DNA of 64,000 nucleotides from Alphaproteobacteria bacterium (GTDB taxonomy: Bacteria; Pseudomonadota; Alphaproteobacteria; GCA-2731375). The notes below the pieces were generated by a model. That model saw nothing but the letters and a program-made list of their open reading frames with translations, was not told the DNA's origin and did not search any database. Shown piece after piece: positions 61,022 through 64,000 of the stretch; positions within the stretch are counted from its first letter, which is position 1, and each line of letters starts with the position of its first letter. The stretch is from the NCBI GenBank assembly GCA_965232515.1, contig CBDDPY010000002.1, positions 6,720,001 to 6,784,000 on the forward strand, given 5' to 3'. The position numbers and the translations under genes were made by a program.

Positions 61022-61636
61022 ATGGGACGGCTCCTGGCCGTTCCCGCCGCGGCGCTTGCCTTCCTCGCCACGCCGGCGGCGGCGATCACCTACCAGATCG
61101 ATCTCGATTTCGGCGGCGGGGCATTCCTGACCGGCAGCATCGAGACCGACGGCACGCTGGGCGCGTTCGACGGGTTGGGCGAATTCGTCGACTGGTCGCT
61201 CGACATCTCGGACGGCGTCAACACTGGCTCGTTTGATGGCAGCGACCAGTATCTCTACAGCAGCACGGTCGCCGGAGATCCCGGCGCCTGGTTCGCAACC
61301 GAGACGTCGCTGAGCTTCGATTTCGTCAATCTGTTCGGCGCCGAGGCGGCATTTGCCAAATCGACCGGAGACTTCTTTCCGCAGATCGGGTTCTGCGCCG
61401 TCGACGTCCCCTGTCCCAGTGTCGCCGCCGGCCTCGGCCCGGCGGTCACGATGATCTTTAATCTTCCGAACCAGGACCCGAACCAGGCCATCACGAGCTT
61501 CGGTTTCGACCGGGCGCTGATCACGGTCGGCGAGGCGGCGCCGGTGTCGCTGCCGGGCACGCTGCCGCTGATGCTGGGCGCGCTCGGCCTCGGCTGGCTC
61601 TGCTGCCGGCCGCGAGCGGCGAGGGCGGCGGCATGA
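61022..61636 (+). CDS. Secreted CTERM-like protein 1 (PVSLPG..WLCCR tail)
   Basis: Signal ending TPAAA; ITY.ID.DFGGGAFLTG.IETDGTLG; start chosen by alignment with paralogs (upstream ATG 60959 also possible). Confidence 0.8.
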   Translation: MGRLLAVPAAALAFLATPAAAITYQIDLDFGGGAFLTGSIETDGTLGAFDGLGEFVDWSLDISDGVNTGSFDGSDQYLYSSTVAGDPGAWFATETSLSFDFVNLFGAEAAFAKSTGDFFPQIGFCAVDVPCPSVAAGLGPAVTMIFNLPNQDPNQAITSFGFDRALITVGEAAPVSLPGTLPLMLGALGLGWLCCRPRAARAAA

Positions 61637-62241
61637 GACGACCCCTGACTGTTCTCGCCGCCGCTCTGGCGCTCCTGACGACACCGGCGGCGGCGATCAC
61701 CTACAACATCGATTTCGATTTCGGTGGCGGCGCGTTCCTGACCGGCACGATCGAAACCGACGGCACGCTGGGCGTGTTCGACGGCGATGGCGAGTTTCTG
61801 AGTTGGTCTTTCGACTTCTCCGACGGCGTCAACAACGGCTCGCTTCAGGATCCCGACATCTACCAGTACTCGAGCCTGATCGCGGGCGATCCGGGGGCCT
61901 GGTTCGCCACCGAGACGTCACTGAGTTTCGACTTCGCCCATCCCGACGCCGGGCGGGCGATATTTGTCGAAGCGACCGGAGATGGCTTGCCGCAGATCGG
62001 ATTCTGCTCCGTCAACGCATTCTGCCCGCCCGCGCCCGGTGCACACCTCGTGATGATCCTTGTCGATGCGACATCGCCAACAAATCAGGTCGTCCAGACG
62101 CCTTTCGACTTCGACCGGGACCTGGTCGCGATCGGCGAGGCCGCGCCAGTGTCGCTGCCCGGGACGTTGCCGCTGATGCTGGGAGCGCTCGGTTTCGGCT
62201 GGCTCTGCTGCCGGAGCCAGGTACGGAGGGCAGCGAAATGA
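61633..62241 (+). CDS. Secreted CTERM-like protein 2
   Basis: Paralog; ATGA overlap; tail PVSLPGTLPLMLGALGFGWLCCRSQVRR. Confidence 0.85.
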   Translation: MRRPLTVLAAALALLTTPAAAITYNIDFDFGGGAFLTGTIETDGTLGVFDGDGEFLSWSFDFSDGVNNGSLQDPDIYQYSSLIAGDPGAWFATETSLSFDFAHPDAGRAIFVEATGDGLPQIGFCSVNAFCPPAPGAHLVMILVDATSPTNQVVQTPFDFDRDLVAIGEAAPVSLPGTLPLMLGALGFGWLCCRSQVRRAAK

Positions 62242-62840
62242 AGAGGCGTCTGACCGTTCTTGCCGCTGCCTTGGCGCTCCTGACGACCCCAGCGGCGGCG
62301 ATCACCTACACGCTCGACTTCGATTTCGGCGGCGGCGCGTTTCTGACCGGTACGATTGAGACCGACGGCACGCTCGGGGCCTTCGACGGCGTGGGCGAGT
62401 TCGTGGCCTGGTCGTTGTCCGTATCGGACGGCGTCGAGAGCGGCGACATCGTCGGCGACGCGTTGGGGACAAACTACATCTATACGGACGCCTCGTCGGG
62501 GGGGACCCCCTGGCATGCGACGGAAACCAGCCTCAGCTTCGATTTCGGTGATGAGATTTCGGCGGCGGGCGCGTTTTTCGACGCTGTATCGGAATTTCCG
62601 CAAGTCGGTTTCTGTACGCCGCTGCACACATGCCCGTCAGTGCACGGACCGGGGATCAGCATTCTGTTCGAGATGGTGAGCGGTACAGACCTGCCCCCGT
62701 TCTTCGCGTTCGAACCGGAAGTGTTCGTGGTCGGCGAGGTGGCGCCGGTGTCGGCGCCGGGCACGCTGCCGCTGATGCTGGGCGCGCTCGGGCTCGGCTG
62801 GCTCTGCTGCCGGCCCCAAGCTGGGAGGGCGGCGGCATGA
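62238..62840 (+). CDS. Secreted CTERM-like protein 3
   Basis: Paralog; ATGA overlap; tail PVSAPGTLPLMLGALGLGWLCCRPQAGR. Confidence 0.85.
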   Translation: MKRRLTVLAAALALLTTPAAAITYTLDFDFGGGAFLTGTIETDGTLGAFDGVGEFVAWSLSVSDGVESGDIVGDALGTNYIYTDASSGGTPWHATETSLSFDFGDEISAAGAFFDAVSEFPQVGFCTPLHTCPSVHGPGISILFEMVSGTDLPPFFAFEPEVFVVGEVAPVSAPGTLPLMLGALGLGWLCCRPQAGRAAA

Positions 62841-63448
62841 GACGACTCCTGACTGTTCTCGCCGCCGGTCTGGTGCTCATGACGACCCCGGCGGCGGCGA
62901 TCACCTACACGCTCGACTTCGATTTCGGCGGCGGCGCGTTTCTGACCGGCACGATCGAGACTGACGGCACGCTGGGCGCGTTCGATGGCTTGGGCGAGTT
63001 CGTGGCCTGGTCTTTGACCATATCGGACGGCGTCGACAGTGGCGATATCGTCAGCGACGCGTTTGCGACCAACTACGTCTACCTGGACGGCTCGTCGGGA
63101 GGCACCCCCTGGCACGCGACGGAGACCAGCCTCAGCTTCGATTTCGGCAACGAAATTCCGGCTGTGGCCGTATTCGCCCCGCCGGACTTGGGGTTTCTAC
63201 AGGTCGGTTTCTGCACGCCGTTGATTTCTTGCCCGGCAGTGAACGGACCGGGAATTGGCATGCTGTTCGAGCAGCCGACCGGCTCAGAGGAACCTCCATT
63301 TTTCCTGTTCGAACCGGAAGTGTTTGTGGTCGGCGAGGTGGTGCCAGTGTCGCTGCCGGGCACGCTGCCGCTGATGCTGGGGGCGCTCGGCCTCGGCTGG
63401 CTCTGCTGCCGCCGCCGTACCGGAGCCGCGGCCGTTGCGGCGGCGTAG
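62837..63448 (+). CDS. Secreted CTERM-like protein 4
   Basis: Paralog; ATGA overlap; tail PVSLPGTLPLMLGALGLGWLCCRRRT. Confidence 0.85.
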   Translation: MRRLLTVLAAGLVLMTTPAAAITYTLDFDFGGGAFLTGTIETDGTLGAFDGLGEFVAWSLTISDGVDSGDIVSDAFATNYVYLDGSSGGTPWHATETSLSFDFGNEIPAVAVFAPPDLGFLQVGFCTPLISCPAVNGPGIGMLFEQPTGSEEPPFFLFEPEVFVVGEVVPVSLPGTLPLMLGALGLGWLCCRRRTGAAAVAAA

Positions 63449-63705
63449 CGGGCATTTTTCATCCCCAACCACGCCATCGTCCGCGCGTCGTCGTGCGGTC
63501 GACAGGGGCGTCGCGCCGTTTTCACGATACCCCCACCATCGGGCGGCGCGGCGTTCCTGGCCCGCGGGCGGCATGTCGCCGAGCGCGGGGTCGCGCGCAG
63601 GCGCCCGCCCGCGGCGCCGCGGTTCACACAGGTCTCCCCCGCGACGCCTTTCGGCAGGCTCCCGGCGGATCGGGCGTCTGTGCGCGACACCGGCTGCGGT
63701 GGGCG

Positions 63706-64000
63706 CTAGGTGCCGGGTGGCCCGTCGGCAGGCATGCCTTCCATATCGACGGGCTCGTAATAGTGCTTGTCGCCGAGCGCCCGCACGCGGGCCCAGAATT
63801 CCGGTCCGGCGGCGATGCCGTTGTCGAGGGGCCTGGCGGCCTGGCGCCAGATGTTCCACGACTCGGGATGCAGCCGGCTGGCCTCGGCCAGCAATGCCTC
63901 GCCTTCGTCCGTGTCGCCGGTCTGACGCAGATAGAGCCCCAGGCGAAACAGCACATGGGCGCGGGCGGCGTCGGCGTCGGGCGATCTCAGATGCGCCCGC
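63706..64000 (-). CDS. C-terminal part of a protein with a TPR-like hairpin (runs off the window)
   Basis: Frame is open to the window end: ..AARAHVLFRLGLYLRQTG..LAEASRLHPESWNIWRQ..FWARVRALGDKHYYEP. Confidence 0.65.
   Translation of the reverse strand, partial: RAHLRSPDADAARAHVLFRLGLYLRQTGDTDEGEALLAEASRLHPESWNIWRQAARPLDNGIAAGPEFWARVRALGDKHYYEPVDMEGMPADGPPGT

Noticed and set aside
61022-63448. CRISPR array or DGR-like template/variable repeats
   Set aside because: The repeats are ~600-bp coding paralogs with synonymous changes; no short repeat-spacer pattern, cas gene or reverse transcriptase is present.
63449-63705. GC-rich intergenic region as a possible ncRNA
   Set aside because: Only short GC-driven pairings; no recognisable RNA family motif.

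Overview
High-GC alphaproteobacterial chromosomal window (usg-groES-groEL with CIRCE, DUF1194, ScfR-type regulator, alpha-type palindromic repeats). It has no rRNA, tRNA, CRISPR array or intact transposase. In order: a repeat-domain protein (partial) and a PEP-CTERM protein; a response regulator, ScfR-family regulator, LIV-type ABC transporter and HisKA-like protein; an aminotransferase, CMD protein and SDR; a BCP peroxiredoxin with an in-frame TGA at the catalytic Cys plus a SECIS-like hairpin (probable selenoprotein, missed by the ORF track); a ~23 kb cyclic-amide/N-heterocycle catabolic cluster (13.5-36.8 kb) centred on a 938-aa SPFH/flotillin protein with 29-aa helical repeats, three uncharacterised membrane proteins and enzymes carrying short shared terminal peptides; an ECF/anti-sigma pair, MFS, usg-groESL and phoD with a Pho box; a BMP-type ABC operon interrupted by nested palindromes; an AT-richer islet with an 18-bp repeat family; a MATE pump; and two tandem wHTH-TPR regulators facing four tandem secreted proteins with an unusual PVSLPG...WLCCR C-terminal sorting-like signal and three copies of an 11-bp-periodic operator. 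The best candidates for undescribed biology are the flotillin-centred catabolic cluster (possible scaffold or cage with cargo peptides) and the CTERM-like array with its regulators. All family calls come from motif recognition by eye; no searches were run.
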